A stretch of 64,000 nt of DNA from an uncultured Lactobacillus sp. (GCA_937874185.1 CALNAK010000035.1:52019-116018); one strand, 5' to 3'. Counted from the first letter of the stretch, positions 46,919-60,752 are shown. Notes: generated by a model from the sequence alone, not told the origin. A program made the numbers and translations.

Positions 46919-48307
46919 CTATTTTCCTAAGCAGAATTGCGAGAATAATTGTGTAATCAATTCATCTTGATAACTTTCTCCGGTAATTTCGCCTAGAGTG
47001 TCCCAGCAAGCTGTCATATCGATTTGTACAAGGTCGATAGGCATTCCTGCTTCAATTCCTGAAATAACGTCATTGAGGCTATTTTTAGCCTTACGTAGTA
47101 AACCAGCTTGTCTGGCACTTGTAATAATGACATTACTACTATTATCTTCGATTCCTGAATTAAATATTTTGCTGATAGTTTGTTTGATTGTTTCAATACC
47201 AGCGTTTTTGATTGCTGAAGTTTTCAAAATAATATCGTCAGCCTTCAATTGAACAACGCTTTCTGGCGTTATAACGGGCATTAGATCATTTTTATTAAAA
47301 ATAACAATTCGGCGCTTATCATTTGTTGCATCAAGTAGTTCGATATCATCTTCAACTAGTTCGCGACTAGCATCCAAAACAACAATTACCAAGTCAGCAT
47401 CCTTCAAAGCTGCACGAGAACGTTCAACCCCGATTTTTTCGACCTTATCGTCAGTATCACGAATACCAGCAGTATCGATCAATTTCAAAGGTACACCATC
47501 AATATTGATGTATTGTTCAACAACATCACGAGTCGTTCCAGCAACATCTGTAACGATAGCTTTGTCTTCATCCAATAGACGATTCAATAGACTAGATTTA
47601 CCAACGTTAGGCTTTCCGACAATTGCGGTAGCCAAACCATGTTGCAAAATTTCACCACTATTAGCTGTTTTCAATAGACCATCGATACTTGAACTAACTG
47701 TTCTAGCCTTTTCCAACAATAATTTAGTTGTCATTTGGTCAGTGTCATATTCAGGATAATCAATATTGACCTCAACTTGAGCTAATGAATCGAGAATCTC
47801 TTGTCTCAAATTAGAAATCAAATGATGTAAATTTCCATCCAATTGATTAACGGCTACTTGCATCGCTTTATCTGTTTTAGCACGGATCAAATCCATTACA
47901 GATTCGGCTTGAGTCAAATCAATTCGACCATTTAAGAAAGCACGTTTTGTAAATTCACCCGGTTCGGCCATTCTAGCACCAGAACCTAGCAATAATTGGA
48001 GTACTCGATTAGTTGCCACTATACCCCCATGGGTATTAATTTCGATGACATCTTCGCGGGTAAAAGTCTTTGGTGCACGCATTACTGAAACCATAACTTC
48101 ATCAACAAGTGATCCGTCGTTTGGGTCAATGATGTGTCCATAATTTATTGTGTGACTGTCAACTTTGGCAAGGTCACGTCCCTTAAAAATCTTTTTAGCA
48201 ACTGGGACAGCTTGATCTCCTGACAAACGAACAATGGAAATGGCACCTTCCCCAGGAGGCGTTGAAATAGCTGCTATAGTGTCATATTCAGTTACTGAAC
48301 TTGGCAT
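46919..48307 (-). CDS. mnmE: tRNA modification GTPase MnmE (TrmE)
   Basis: 462 aa with G-domain [16 protein letters not shown] and NKND, and the C-terminal ..FCLGK motif. Confidence 0.95.
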   Translation of the reverse strand: MPSSVTEYDTIAAISTPPGEGAISIVRLSGDQAVPVAKKIFKGRDLAKVDSHTINYGHIIDPNDGSLVDEVMVSVMRAPKTFTREDVIEINTHGGIVATNRVLQLLLGSGARMAEPGEFTKRAFLNGRIDLTQAESVMDLIRAKTDKAMQVAVNQLDGNLHHLISNLRQEILDSLAQVEVNIDYPEYDTDQMTTKLLLEKARTVSSSIDGLLKTANSGEILQHGLATAIVGKPNVGKSSLLNRLLDEDKAIVTDVAGTTRDVVEQYINIDGVPLKLIDTAGIRDTDDKVEKIGVERSRAALKDADLVIVVLDASRELVEDDIELLDATNDKRRIVIFNKNDLMPVITPESVVQLKADDIILKTSAIKNAGIETIKQTISKIFNSGIEDNSSNVIITSARQAGLLRKAKNSLNDVISGIEAGMPIDLVQIDMTACWDTLGEITGESYQDELITQLFSQFCLGK

Positions 48308-48452
48308 AATAAGCTCCCTTCTCTATTTTTGAGCATAAAAAAAGTGCATAATCCGCCAATTTTTGACGGAAAAGCACCTTGACTACTTTTCTATATATGA
48401 ATAGTTCAAACAATTTCTAAAACATCTTAACGACATTTTTATTAATTGTCAA

Positions 48453-49295
48453 TTATTTATGATTTTTATAAACACGTTTCTTAGCTTTTCTAAGCTTACG
48501 TTGTTTATTACGTTCTGCTTCCTCAGCTTCTTTTTGTTCACGACGATACTTGAACGGATTTTGGAAAGCCAATGTCTGAAGAACTTGGAATGCATTAGTA
48601 ACAACCCAGTAAATTGTAATAGCTGATGGGAATGTTAATGCAGGGAAGAAGATGAAGAATGGCATTACCCATGTCATGATCTTCGTTGTTGAATTTTGTT
48701 GTGGTTGTGAGTAGCTAGAAATGTATGTACTTAAGAAAGTAAACAAACCAGCTAGGATAGCCATGATGTAATATGGATCAGCTTTTCCAAGTTGCATCCA
48801 TAAGAAACTACCATCACGTAATTGAGTCGTCTTATAGATAGCTTGGTACAAAGCAAACATAACTGGCATTTGGACTACCAATGGTAAACAACCAGCAACC
48901 GGGTTCACTCCCGCCTCACTATATAACTTTTGAGTTTCCTCTCTCAATTTCTGTTGAGTATCCGTATCTTTTGCTGAATATTTATCTTGAAGAGCCTTCA
49001 TTTGAGGCTGAATCTTCATTTGTTTATTCATGCTTCGGATTTGAAGCCAATTAAGTGGGAGTAAAACAACCCTCACGATAATTGTGAAAAGTACGATAGC
49101 CCATCCATAACTGTTACCAACGATTGATGCTAACCAAAGAATGAATCTTGAAAAACTATATAAAACATAGTGATCCCAGAATCCAGTACTTTTACTAGTA
49201 ATTGGCACGTTTAAGTTTGAACATCCAGCTAATACCAAGACAACACTAAGTAATAGCGCTACACCTATGTATTTCTTTAAGCTTTTTTTATTCAC
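48453..49295 (-). CDS. yidC: Membrane protein insertase YidC/OxaA (lipoprotein type)
   Basis: 280 aa, GTG start, lipobox LAGC, a basic C-terminal tail, and a position next to rnpA. Confidence 0.9.
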   Translation of the reverse strand: MNKKSLKKYIGVALLLSVVLVLAGCSNLNVPITSKSTGFWDHYVLYSFSRFILWLASIVGNSYGWAIVLFTIIVRVVLLPLNWLQIRSMNKQMKIQPQMKALQDKYSAKDTDTQQKLREETQKLYSEAGVNPVAGCLPLVVQMPVMFALYQAIYKTTQLRDGSFLWMQLGKADPYYIMAILAGLFTFLSTYISSYSQPQQNSTTKIMTWVMPFFIFFPALTFPSAITIYWVVTNAFQVLQTLAFQNPFKYRREQKEAEEAERNKQRKLRKAKKRVYKNHK

Positions 49296-49334
49296 TTTTA
49301 CACCCTATATATTAGTTTATTAAAATTTTCGATC

Positions 49335-49676
49335 CTACTCTATTACTTTACCTAATTTCAATAAATGTACAATATTCTTTTTTGCGTCAAACATGTCTAA
49401 ATCAACCGCAGGTTTTCTTGCGATAATCAAGAAATCCAATTCTGCGGGAATTTCGGGCTTCAATTCCAAAAGTGATTGGCGAATGTATCTTTTAACACGA
49501 TTACGCCCCACTGCAGTATGTGAAACTTTCTTTCCGACAGAAATTCCTACACGAAAATGCTTTTGACCCTCTTTAGGCATTTTGTATAGTACAAAGTTGC
49601 GATTTGCAACGGAATTACCGTTGGAATAGACATATTGGAACTCATTTTCTTTTTTAATTCGATAGCTTTTTCTCAT
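49335..49676 (-). CDS. rnpA: Ribonuclease P protein component
   Basis: 113 aa basic protein located between rpmH and yidC. Confidence 0.9.
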   Translation of the reverse strand: MRKSYRIKKENEFQYVYSNGNSVANRNFVLYKMPKEGQKHFRVGISVGKKVSHTAVGRNRVKRYIRQSLLELKPEIPAELDFLIIARKPAVDLDMFDAKKNIVHLLKLGKVIE

Positions 49677-49738
49677 ATGTCACCAGACTACTCTTGTGTT
49701 TGTAATAAAAAAGGACCACCAAGAGTGATCCTTCAAAA

Positions 49739-49879
49739 CTAAGCTGATAATACTTTGCGACCCTTTTTGCGACGTCTTGCTAGAACTCTGCGACCATTAC
49801 TTGTACTCATTCGTTTCATGAAACCATGGACGCGTTCACGATGACGCTTCTTGGGTTGATATGTTCTCTTTGTAGTCAT
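49739..49879 (-). CDS. rpmH: 50S ribosomal protein L34 (below the ORF-track size cutoff)
   Basis: The minus strand reads GGAGGtttattgATG and translates to [46 protein letters not shown]. Confidence 0.95.
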   Translation of the reverse strand: MTTKRTYQPKKRHRERVHGFMKRMSTSNGRRVLARRRKKGRKVLSA

Positions 49880-50030
49880 CAATAAACCTCCTGACTCTTA
49901 AATTTAAATATTCTAAAATTTCACTTCTTCAGACAATTGCTTAACTATAATATCATGTTATTGCAATAATTTAAACAGGTAATTTCCTATTAATGGAAAA
50001 CAATTCAAAGAAGTTTTACGCAATTTCTAT

Positions 50031-50363
50031 TGTGGATAAAAAGTTGACAAAATTTACAACCTTTTTTATCCACAGTGATTTAAACAAAGTTTTCCCACAT
50101 ATTTTTTACTGTGTTTTACTTTTCCACAGGATTTGTGTATTTCTTGTTTTTTGTTTGTAACACCTGAAAATAGGCACTTTCTTCTCCACTTTTCTGTGGA
50201 TAACTATGTTGACAACTGTTTGTTGCCTCTATTTTCCACAAGCCTGTGTATTTAAAAAATACCAGTTGTTATTTGTATAAAATTTAAACGTGTGTTCTGT
50301 GGAAAACTTCTTAATAGAATGATAAACTATAGACTGTCATTTTAGGGAAAAAAATTATCCACA
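50031..50363. promoter_or_regulatory. oriC part 1: DnaA-box cluster upstream of dnaA
   Basis: Perfect TTATCCACA boxes lie at 50031-50039(-), 50066-50074(+), 50195-50203(-) and 50355-50363(+). TTTTCCACA variants lie at 50120-50128, 50232-50240 and 50298-50306(-). Confidence 0.85.
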
Positions 50364-50385
50364 GACATAGATTGGGGGGAAATAA

Positions 50386-51756
50386 TTGCCAAATATAAAT
50401 AATACAAATGAACTTACTGCTTTTTGGGATTATTTTACTAAAAAGCTTAAATCCCAATTAACACAGGTCAGTTATACAACGTGGGTCGAAAGTGCCAAAC
50501 CTTTAAGGGTAGAAGGAAATAATATTTACATCTCTGTCCCAACAAAACTACATAAAGACTATTGGGAACGAAATTATACTGAAAAAATCGTTATTTACTC
50601 CTATGAATTAAACGGCATGGAACTCAATCCAATAATTGAAAATATTGAGGATTCCAACAAAAAAGAGGAACCCGAAAGGGCCCCTCAACTTGAAACTACT
50701 ACTGAATCTGCTCAACCAAAACACGTATTTCATAATTCGCACCTAAATCCAAAATACACATTTTCTACTTTTATTGTTGGTGGTGGAAATCAAATGGCTC
50801 ATGCGGCAGCACTTGCAGCAGCCGAAGATCCAGGTGGAGTTTACAATCCATTATTTATCTATGGTGGCGTTGGTCTTGGTAAAACTCATTTGATGCAAGC
50901 AATTGGACATCAGATGATCAAGCTAGACCCATTGTCAAAAGTTAAATACGTTACTAGTGAAACCTTCGCTAACGACTTCATCAATTCAATCCAAACTAAG
51001 TCCCAAGATGATTTCAGACGAGAATATCGAAACGTCGATCTACTATTAATAGATGATATTCAATTTTTCGCTGAAAAAGAAGGAACTCAAGAGGAATTCT
51101 TCCACACATTCAACGCATTATATGAAACAGGTAAGCAGATCGTAATGACGTCTGATCGTTTACCAAATGAAATCCCTAAGTTGCAACAACGATTAGTTTC
51201 TAGATTTACTCAGGGTTTGTCGGCTGACATTACTGCTCCTGATCTAGAAACCAGAACAGCTATTTTACGGAATAAAGCTAAAGCAGAACATTTGGAAATT
51301 CCAGATGACACTTTATCCTACATTGCAGCACAAATTGACACTAATGTGCGTGAACTAGAAGGCGCTTTGATTCGAGTTCAGGCTTATTCGACGACTAAAA
51401 ATACTGATATTACCAAATCAGTTGCTGCGGATGCATTGAAAATCTACAAATTATCTAATGATAAGAAGGGACTTTCAATTGCTAAGATCCAAAATAAAGT
51501 TGCCAAATATTATCATGTTTCGATTCAAGACTTAAAAGGTAAAAAACGAGTTAAATCAATTGTTGTTCCTCGACAGATTGCCATGTACCTTTCACGTGAA
51601 CTAACCGATCGTTCTCTTCCTCAAATAGGAATGGAATTTGGTGGGAAAGATCATACCACAGTCATGCATTCATGTGATAAAATATCCGAGTTAGTCATAA
51701 AAGATGACGATCTCAAGCGAGATATCAACGAATTGAAAGACGACCTTAGAAATTAG
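50386..51756 (+). CDS. dnaA: Chromosomal replication initiator DnaA
   Basis: 456 aa, TTG start after GGGGGGA, AAA+ Walker A GGVGLGKTHL, and the C-terminal DNA-binding region ..GGKDHTTVMHSCDKI. Confidence 0.97.
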   Translation: MPNINNTNELTAFWDYFTKKLKSQLTQVSYTTWVESAKPLRVEGNNIYISVPTKLHKDYWERNYTEKIVIYSYELNGMELNPIIENIEDSNKKEEPERAPQLETTTESAQPKHVFHNSHLNPKYTFSTFIVGGGNQMAHAAALAAAEDPGGVYNPLFIYGGVGLGKTHLMQAIGHQMIKLDPLSKVKYVTSETFANDFINSIQTKSQDDFRREYRNVDLLLIDDIQFFAEKEGTQEEFFHTFNALYETGKQIVMTSDRLPNEIPKLQQRLVSRFTQGLSADITAPDLETRTAILRNKAKAEHLEIPDDTLSYIAAQIDTNVRELEGALIRVQAYSTTKNTDITKSVAADALKIYKLSNDKKGLSIAKIQNKVAKYYHVSIQDLKGKKRVKSIVVPRQIAMYLSRELTDRSLPQIGMEFGGKDHTTVMHSCDKISELVIKDDDLKRDINELKDDLRN

Positions 51757-51786
51757 CTTGTTTATAACTTTTTAGTTTTCCCAAAG

Positions 51787-51900
51787 TTATCCACAGCTGT
51801 TAATAACATCATTTTTTCAAGTAGGCTCTAGGACCATCTAAGTTATCCACAGTTTCAACAGGCCCTACTACTACTACTATCTATATATTAATTAATTAAA
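51787..51900. promoter_or_regulatory. oriC part 2: DnaA boxes, GC cluster, trinucleotide repeats and an AT-rich unwinding region
   Basis: TTATCCACA at 51787-51795 and 51843-51851, GGCCC at 51861-65, TAC x4 at 51866-51877, then TATCTATATATTAATTAATTAAAA. Confidence 0.7.
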
Positions 51901-51912
51901 AGGGAGTTACCT

Positions 51913-53049
51913 ATGAAATTTTCTATTGATCGATCAAAGTTCATTAATCAAACAAGTAACGTTCAACGAGCAATTTCCACAAAGACAACTATTCCTATTT
52001 TGACAGGAATGAAATTAGATCTAACTGAATCAGGTTTGACAATTACCGGAAGCAATTCTGATATTTCAATTACTTCTTTTATTTCTAAAGAAGATGCTGA
52101 TAATGATTTAAATATCGAAAGTGTTGGTTCAATTGTTTTACCAGCTAGATTCTTTAACGAAATTATTAAAAAATTACCTGGCGACAATTTTGGTTTAGAA
52201 GTTTTAGATAATAATCAAACTGTAATTAAATCAGGTGTTTCAGAATTTACTATTAACGGATTAGATGCTGTTAATTATCCACACCTTCCAGAAGTAGAAA
52301 CTGATAATCAATTAGTTTTACCCACTGATGTCTTTACAGAAGTCGTTAACCAAACTGTTATTGCTGTATCAACCCAAGAAAGTCGTCCAGTTTTAACTGG
52401 TGTTAACTTCTTGATTACTAGTGAAGGTCTGACTGCTGTCGCAACTGATAGTCACCGTCTTTCACAAAGAAAAATTAATATCACAAGTGATGAAGACTAC
52501 AATTTGATCATTCCTGGTAAGAGTTTGACTGAATTAGTTAGAACTATCAGCGACTCTGTCAAAGAAATTTCAATGTCAATTTCAGAAAACCAAGTTCTAT
52601 TCAGTTTTGACAACATTATGTTCTACTCAAGACTATTAGACGGTAGATATCCTGAAACTGATCGTTTGATTCCAGAAGACTCAAATACAAAACTTACTTT
52701 TGATACTTCAAAATTATTGGCTTCAGTTGAACGTGCTTCATTACTTTCACACGAAAGTAGAAACAACGTTATCAAACTAGAAATCAAATCTGTGGATAAA
52801 AAAGCCACACTTTACGGTAATTCTCCAGAAGTTGGTACTGTTGAAGAAGTTCTTGATTTCGAAGGACTTGAAGGTGAAGATTTGGAGATTTCATTCAACC
52901 CTGATTACTTGAAGGATGCTTTAAGATCATTCGGTAGTAATACAACAATTGAAATGAGTTTTACTTCTCCATTACATCCATTTACTTTAAGACCCGTTGA
53001 AGATAGTGATAATTTCGTCCAACTTATCACTCCAGTAAGAACATTTTAA
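51913..53049 (+). CDS. dnaN: DNA polymerase III beta sliding clamp
   Basis: 378 aa in the conserved position after dnaA. Confidence 0.95.
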   Translation: MKFSIDRSKFINQTSNVQRAISTKTTIPILTGMKLDLTESGLTITGSNSDISITSFISKEDADNDLNIESVGSIVLPARFFNEIIKKLPGDNFGLEVLDNNQTVIKSGVSEFTINGLDAVNYPHLPEVETDNQLVLPTDVFTEVVNQTVIAVSTQESRPVLTGVNFLITSEGLTAVATDSHRLSQRKINITSDEDYNLIIPGKSLTELVRTISDSVKEISMSISENQVLFSFDNIMFYSRLLDGRYPETDRLIPEDSNTKLTFDTSKLLASVERASLLSHESRNNVIKLEIKSVDKKATLYGNSPEVGTVEEVLDFEGLEGEDLEISFNPDYLKDALRSFGSNTTIEMSFTSPLHPFTLRPVEDSDNFVQLITPVRTF

Positions 53050-53064
53050 TGTGAAATAAGCAAA

Positions 53065-53098
53065 ATAGACTGAACTTGTCGGTTCGGTCTATTTTTTT
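53065..53098 (+). terminator. Intrinsic terminator of dnaN
   Basis: ATAGACTGAAC-ttgtcg-GTTCGGTCTAT followed by TTTTTTT. Confidence 0.8.
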
Positions 53099-53289
53099 GC
53101 ACTTTATTTACTTAAACGCCTAAATCTTGCTTAGGGACTTTTTTTAGGTGATTTTAGTGGGTGGATACTATTTATCGTAAAAATCGCTCAAACGGGCTGA
53201 TATTTCGTTCTAAGTTGTTTTTTATTGTGAAAACAACTATAATATCACTATGTCATTAAATGGATAAATCTAATAAATAGGGTGTAATT

Positions 53290-53499
53290 ATGTCTGAGAA
53301 AATCAAGCTAGAAACTGAATTTATAACATTAGGTCAACTCTTAAAAGACGAAGGCGTCATCGCAACTGGTGGCCAAGCCAAGTGGTTCTTGAGAGAAAAT
53401 TCAGTGCTCCTTAATGGTGAGCCTGAAGATCGTCGTGGTAAGAAGTTGCGTTCTGGCGACGTAATAGTTGTCGGTGAACAAACTTTTGAAATTGCATAA
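53290..53499 (+). CDS. yaaA: S4-domain RNA-binding protein YaaA
   Basis: 69 aa in the conserved position immediately before recF. Its stop abuts the recF ATG. Confidence 0.8.
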   Translation: MSEKIKLETEFITLGQLLKDEGVIATGGQAKWFLRENSVLLNGEPEDRRGKKLRSGDVIVVGEQTFEIA

Positions 53500-56570
<3,071 letters not shown>

Positions 56571-56586
56571 AGAGGATGGCAATTTA

Positions 56587-59157
56587 ATGGCAGATCATAG
56601 AATAGAAAATGTTAACTTGACAGAAGTCATGAAGAATTCCTTCGTTGACTACGCTGCCAGTGTTATCGTGTCACGTGCGCTACCTGACGTTCGTGATGGT
56701 CTAAAACCAGTTCATCGCCGTATTCTTTATGGTATGAACGAATTAGGTGTAACGCCTGACAAACCTTACAAGAAGAGTGCTCGTTTTGTTGGTGACATCA
56801 TGGGTAAATATCACCCCCATGGGGATTCAGCTATTTACGAATCTATGGTAAGAATGGCGCAGGATTTCAGTTATCGTTATCCATTGGTTGATGGACATGG
56901 TAACTTTGGATCAATTGATGGTGATCCACCTGCCGCTATGCGTTATACCGAAGCTCGTATGAGTAAGATGGCGGTTGAAATGTTGCGAGATATCAACAAA
57001 GATACTGTTGATCTTGTTCCTAACTACGATGGTGAAGAAAAAGAACCAATGGTTTTACCAGCTAGATTCCCTAACCTTTTGGTTAATGGTGCAACTGGTA
57101 TCGCCGTTGGTATGACAACTAATATTCCATCACATAACTTGAAAGAAGTTATTGATGCATTACACATTTTGATGAGAAATCCTGATGCAACAGTAGCTGA
57201 CTTAATGAAAGTTATTCCTGGACCTGATTTTCCAACTGGTGGTATTATCATGGGCCGTTCTGGTATCAGAAAAGCTTATGAGACTGGTAAAGGAACAATC
57301 ATTCTTCGTGCTAAAGTTGACATCGTTACGAAGAAGAGTGGTGCTGAACAAATCATCGTTACCGAACTTCCATACATGGTCAATAAAGCTCGTCTTGTTG
57401 AAAGAATTGCTGAATTGGCACGTGAAAAGAAGCTTGAAGGTATCACTGATTTGAACGATGAATCAGATCGTGAAGGTATGCGTATCGTTATCGATCTTCG
57501 TCGTGATATGAGTGCCTCAGTTGTCTTGAACAACCTTTACAAATTAACTCAACTTCAAATTTCATATGGTATCAACATGGTTGCCATCGTTGGTAAGACA
57601 CCACGAGTATTTACTTTAAAGGGTGTACTTGTTGAATACTTGAAACATCAAGAAGTTGTTATTAGAAGAAGAACTGAATTTGAATTGAAACGTGCTAAAG
57701 CGCGTGCTCATATTCTTGAAGGTTTAAGAATTGCTTTGGATCATATTGATGAAATCATCAAAATTATCCGTGGTTCAGAAACTTCAGTTATTGCTAAACA
57801 AACTTTGATGGATAGTTACAAACTATCTGACAAACAATCACAAGCTATCCTTGATATGCGTTTGGTTCGTTTGACAGGTTTGGAACGTGATAAGGTTGAG
57901 GCTGAATATCAAGATCTTCTAGTAAAAATCGCTGATTATGAGGACATTTTGGCTAAGCCAGAACGTGTTGATAAGATTATTTATGATGAATTGCTAGAAA
58001 TTCAAGAAAAATTCGGTGATCCAAGAAGAACTGAAATTCGTGCTAGTGAAGTTGCTAACATCGAAGATGAAGATCTTATTGAAGAAGAAAATATCCTAAT
58101 CGTTTTGACACATAATGGATACATCAAACGTTTATCTGCTGATGAATTCCGTGTTCAAAATCGTGGAGGCCGTGGTGTCCAAGGAATGGGTATTCATGAT
58201 GATGATTTCATTGAACAAATGATTTATACATCAACACATGACCGTCTCTTGTTCTTTACCAACGCTGGTAAGGTATATCGTATCAAGGGCTACGAAGTCC
58301 CTGAATATGGCCGTACAGCTAAAGGAATCCCCGTTATCAACCTTCTAAACATTGAGAAGGGTGAAAAGATTGAGACTGTTATTAATGTCGATAGGGATGT
58401 TGACCGTGATAACTCATTCTTATTCTTCGTTACTAAGTATGGAACTGTTAAACGTACACCAGTTAATGACTTTGCTAACATCAGACATTCTGGTTTACGT
58501 GCAATCACACTTAAAGACGAAGATGAACTTAACAATGTTTTCCTAACTGACGGTAGTAAAGTTATCGTTATCGGAACTCACAAGGGTTATGCCGTAACAT
58601 TTAAGGAAAGCGATGTTCGTCCTATGGGAAGAACTGCTGCCGGTGTTCGTGGTATCAAACTTCGTGAAGAAGATTATGTTGTTGGTTCTTCAATCGCCGA
58701 AGAAGGTCAAGAAATCTTAACTATCTCTGAAAAGGGTTATGGTAAGAGAACTTCTGTCAGTGAATATCCAGTCAAAGGTCGTGGTGGTAAAGGTATCAAG
58801 ACTGCTAATGTTACCGAAAAGAATGGGCCAATCGCTGGTTTGACTATTGTTAATGGTGATGAAGATATCATGTTGATCACTGATAAAGGTGTCATGATTC
58901 GTTTCGACGTGCAAAGCGTTTCACAAACAGGTCGTGCCACACTTGGTGTCAGATTGATCAAGGTTGATGATTCTTCAATCGTTTCAACTATGGCTAAAAT
59001 TGCCGATGATTCAGAAGATGAAGATTCAGATTCTGAATCTGATACAGAAACAAACCCAGATACAACAACTGATACTGGAGATACAAACGTTGATTCTGAT
59101 TCAAATGATGACTCTACTGACGATTCATCTGACGACGATAATACAGATAATGAATAA
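56587..59157 (+). CDS. gyrA: DNA gyrase subunit A with a ~50 aa acidic C-terminal tail
   Basis: 856 aa with the active-site region [10 protein letters not shown] and a QRDR-like [13 protein letters not shown]. Confidence 0.97.
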   Translation: MADHRIENVNLTEVMKNSFVDYAASVIVSRALPDVRDGLKPVHRRILYGMNELGVTPDKPYKKSARFVGDIMGKYHPHGDSAIYESMVRMAQDFSYRYPLVDGHGNFGSIDGDPPAAMRYTEARMSKMAVEMLRDINKDTVDLVPNYDGEEKEPMVLPARFPNLLVNGATGIAVGMTTNIPSHNLKEVIDALHILMRNPDATVADLMKVIPGPDFPTGGIIMGRSGIRKAYETGKGTIILRAKVDIVTKKSGAEQIIVTELPYMVNKARLVERIAELAREKKLEGITDLNDESDREGMRIVIDLRRDMSASVVLNNLYKLTQLQISYGINMVAIVGKTPRVFTLKGVLVEYLKHQEVVIRRRTEFELKRAKARAHILEGLRIALDHIDEIIKIIRGSETSVIAKQTLMDSYKLSDKQSQAILDMRLVRLTGLERDKVEAEYQDLLVKIADYEDILAKPERVDKIIYDELLEIQEKFGDPRRTEIRASEVANIEDEDLIEEENILIVLTHNGYIKRLSADEFRVQNRGGRGVQGMGIHDDDFIEQMIYTSTHDRLLFFTNAGKVYRIKGYEVPEYGRTAKGIPVINLLNIEKGEKIETVINVDRDVDRDNSFLFFVTKYGTVKRTPVNDFANIRHSGLRAITLKDEDELNNVFLTDGSKVIVIGTHKGYAVTFKESDVRPMGRTAAGVRGIKLREEDYVVGSSIAEEGQEILTISEKGYGKRTSVSEYPVKGRGGKGIKTANVTEKNGPIAGLTIVNGDEDIMLITDKGVMIRFDVQSVSQTGRATLGVRLIKVDDSSIVSTMAKIADDSEDEDSDSESDTETNPDTTTDTGDTNVDSDSNDDSTDDSSDDDNTDNE

Positions 59158-59165
59158 AAATTAAT

Positions 59166-59230
59166 CGTTTCTGCGTAATTTGATTATGTATTCCTCAAGA
59201 GGGTACGTGTCAGGCAGAAACGTTTTTTAT
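59166..59230 (+). terminator. Terminator after gyrA (long-loop hairpin plus T-run)
   Basis: CGTTTCTGC (59166-59174) pairs with GCAGAAACG (59214-59222), followed by TTTTTTATTT. Confidence 0.55.
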
Positions 59231-59306
59231 TTAAAGTAGTTCTAGTAATTGTAGTGGGTTTATGATAAAATCATAATTTGTGAGTATAAAATGCAGTTAA
59301 TTTATG

Positions 59307-59345
59307 CTCCTTGTTCCATTAATGGAACCACTAGACCATAAGGAG
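59307..59345 (+). promoter_or_regulatory. rpsF 5' leader with an SD-sequestering helix around a perfect hairpin
   Basis: CTCCTT (59307-59312) can pair with the SD AAGGAG (59340-59345). It encloses GTTCCATTAATGGAAC (59313-59328). Confidence 0.5.
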
Positions 59346-59356
59346 GTGTACAGTCC

Positions 59357-59653
59357 ATGACTGAAGCACATTACGAAATCACATATATCATCAAACCTGA
59401 TATTGAAGAAGACGCAAAGAAGGTATTAATCGATCGTTACGATAAGATTCTTACTGACAACGGCGCCAAAGTAATCGAATCAAAAGACTGGGAAAAGAAA
59501 CGCTTAGCATACGAAATTGCTAACTACAAAGAAGGTATCTACCATATTGTTAAGGCAGATGCTGAAAACGATGCAGCAATTAACGAATTTGACCGTCTTT
59601 CAAAGATCGATGACAGCATTCTTCGTCATATGATCATTAGACGTGAAAACTAG
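59357..59653 (+). CDS. rpsF: 30S ribosomal protein S6
   Basis: 98 aa, first gene of the rpsF-ssb-rpsR operon. Confidence 0.95.
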   Translation: MTEAHYEITYIIKPDIEEDAKKVLIDRYDKILTDNGAKVIESKDWEKKRLAYEIANYKEGIYHIVKADAENDAAINEFDRLSKIDDSILRHMIIRREN

Positions 59654-59690
59654 TTTTGTTTCACGTGAAACAATTTAAGGAGGCAGATTA

Positions 59691-60272
59691 ATGATTAATA
59701 GAGTAGTTCTAGTTGGACGCCTGACACGTGACCCTGAATTGAAATACACTGCCAATGGAGCGGCTGTTGCTAGCTTTACGGTTGCTGTAAATCGATCATT
59801 TACGAATGCTCAAGGAGAGCGTGAAGCCGATTTTATCAATTGTGTTATTTGGAGAAAGGCTGCCGAGAACTTTTCAAACTTCACTAATAAAGGTTCACTT
59901 GTTGGAATTGATGGACGTCTTCAAACACGTTCATATGAAAATCAACAAGGCCAAAGAGTTTATGTAACTGAGGTAGTTGTTGAAAACTTCTCATTACTTG
60001 AATCTCGTTCTGAAGCTGAGAGAAGAAATTCTGGTAGTTCCAATAATTCTTCAAATCAATCATCTAACTATAATCGACCAAGTCAATCAAATCAGTCTCC
60101 ATTTGGTGGGAACAATAGTAACCAGCAAAATGGTAACAATAACCAACCAAGCAATAACAATAGTAATAACAGCAACAATAATCAATCTAACAATTCAAAC
60201 AACAATATGAGTGATCCATTTGCTGACAACAGTAAACCGATCGACATATCTGATGATGATTTACCATTTTAA
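59691..60272 (+). CDS. ssb: Single-stranded DNA-binding protein
   Basis: OB-fold N-terminus [20 protein letters not shown], a long N/S/Q-rich linker, and the acidic tip DDDLPF. Confidence 0.95.
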   Translation: MINRVVLVGRLTRDPELKYTANGAAVASFTVAVNRSFTNAQGEREADFINCVIWRKAAENFSNFTNKGSLVGIDGRLQTRSYENQQGQRVYVTEVVVENFSLLESRSEAERRNSGSSNNSSNQSSNYNRPSQSNQSPFGGNNSNQQNGNNNQPSNNNSNNSNNNQSNNSNNNMSDPFADNSKPIDISDDDLPF

Positions 60273-60301
60273 AATTAAAAATATAGAAGGGAGCATTTAT
60301 A

Positions 60302-60538
60302 ATGGCCCAACAAAGAAGAGGCGGACGTAGAAGACGTAAAGTTGACTTCATCGCTGCTAACCATATCGAATACATCGACTACAAGGATACAGACTTACTT
60401 AAGAGATTTATCTCAGAACGTGGTAAAATCCTACCTAGACGTGTTACTGGTACAAGTGCTAAGAACCAAAGAATGCTTACAATCGCTATCAAGCGTGCAA
60501 GAATCATGGCTCTATTACCATTCGTTGCTGAAGACTAA
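60302..60538 (+). CDS. rpsR: 30S ribosomal protein S18
   Basis: 78 aa, ..[34 protein letters not shown]... Confidence 0.95.
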   Translation: MAQQRRGGRRRRKVDFIAANHIEYIDYKDTDLLKRFISERGKILPRRVTGTSAKNQRMLTIAIKRARIMALLPFVAED

Positions 60539-60552
60539 TTCTTTTGCAATTT

Positions 60553-60588
60553 AAAAAGACTACTTTTGAGAGTAGTCTTTTTTTTTTG
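60553..60588 (+). terminator. Intrinsic terminator of the rpsF operon
   Basis: GACTACT-tttgag-AGTAGTC followed by a 10-nt T-run. Confidence 0.85.
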
Positions 60589-60603
60589 CCCTTTTTTCTT
60601 GGG

Positions 60604-60752
60604 GTTGCCGTCTTCCACAAAAATTGGAATTTGGCTGGAACGTAGTGGGCACGACTTGGAACTAATTCCAAGCTCGGCCTTTTTCTAACCTGATTTCGTC
60701 AGCTAAGAAAAAATTCACTACTTAGCCAATTCCAATTTTTGTTCCAGACTGG
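60604..60752 (+). repeat. Family-B structured intergenic repeat, copy B3 (short form)
   Basis: Aligns with B1 and B2 but lacks their 19-nt internal segment, leaving the perfect hairpin CTTGGAA-ctaa-TTCCAAG. Confidence 0.85.

Noticed and set aside
59977-60554. Alternative-frame ORFs 59977..60210, 60187..60375(-) and 60342..60554, overlapping ssb and rpsR
   Set aside because: They are generated by the low-complexity AAT/AAC tract of ssb or by the off-frame of rpsR. The annotated frames encode unmistakable SSB and S18.
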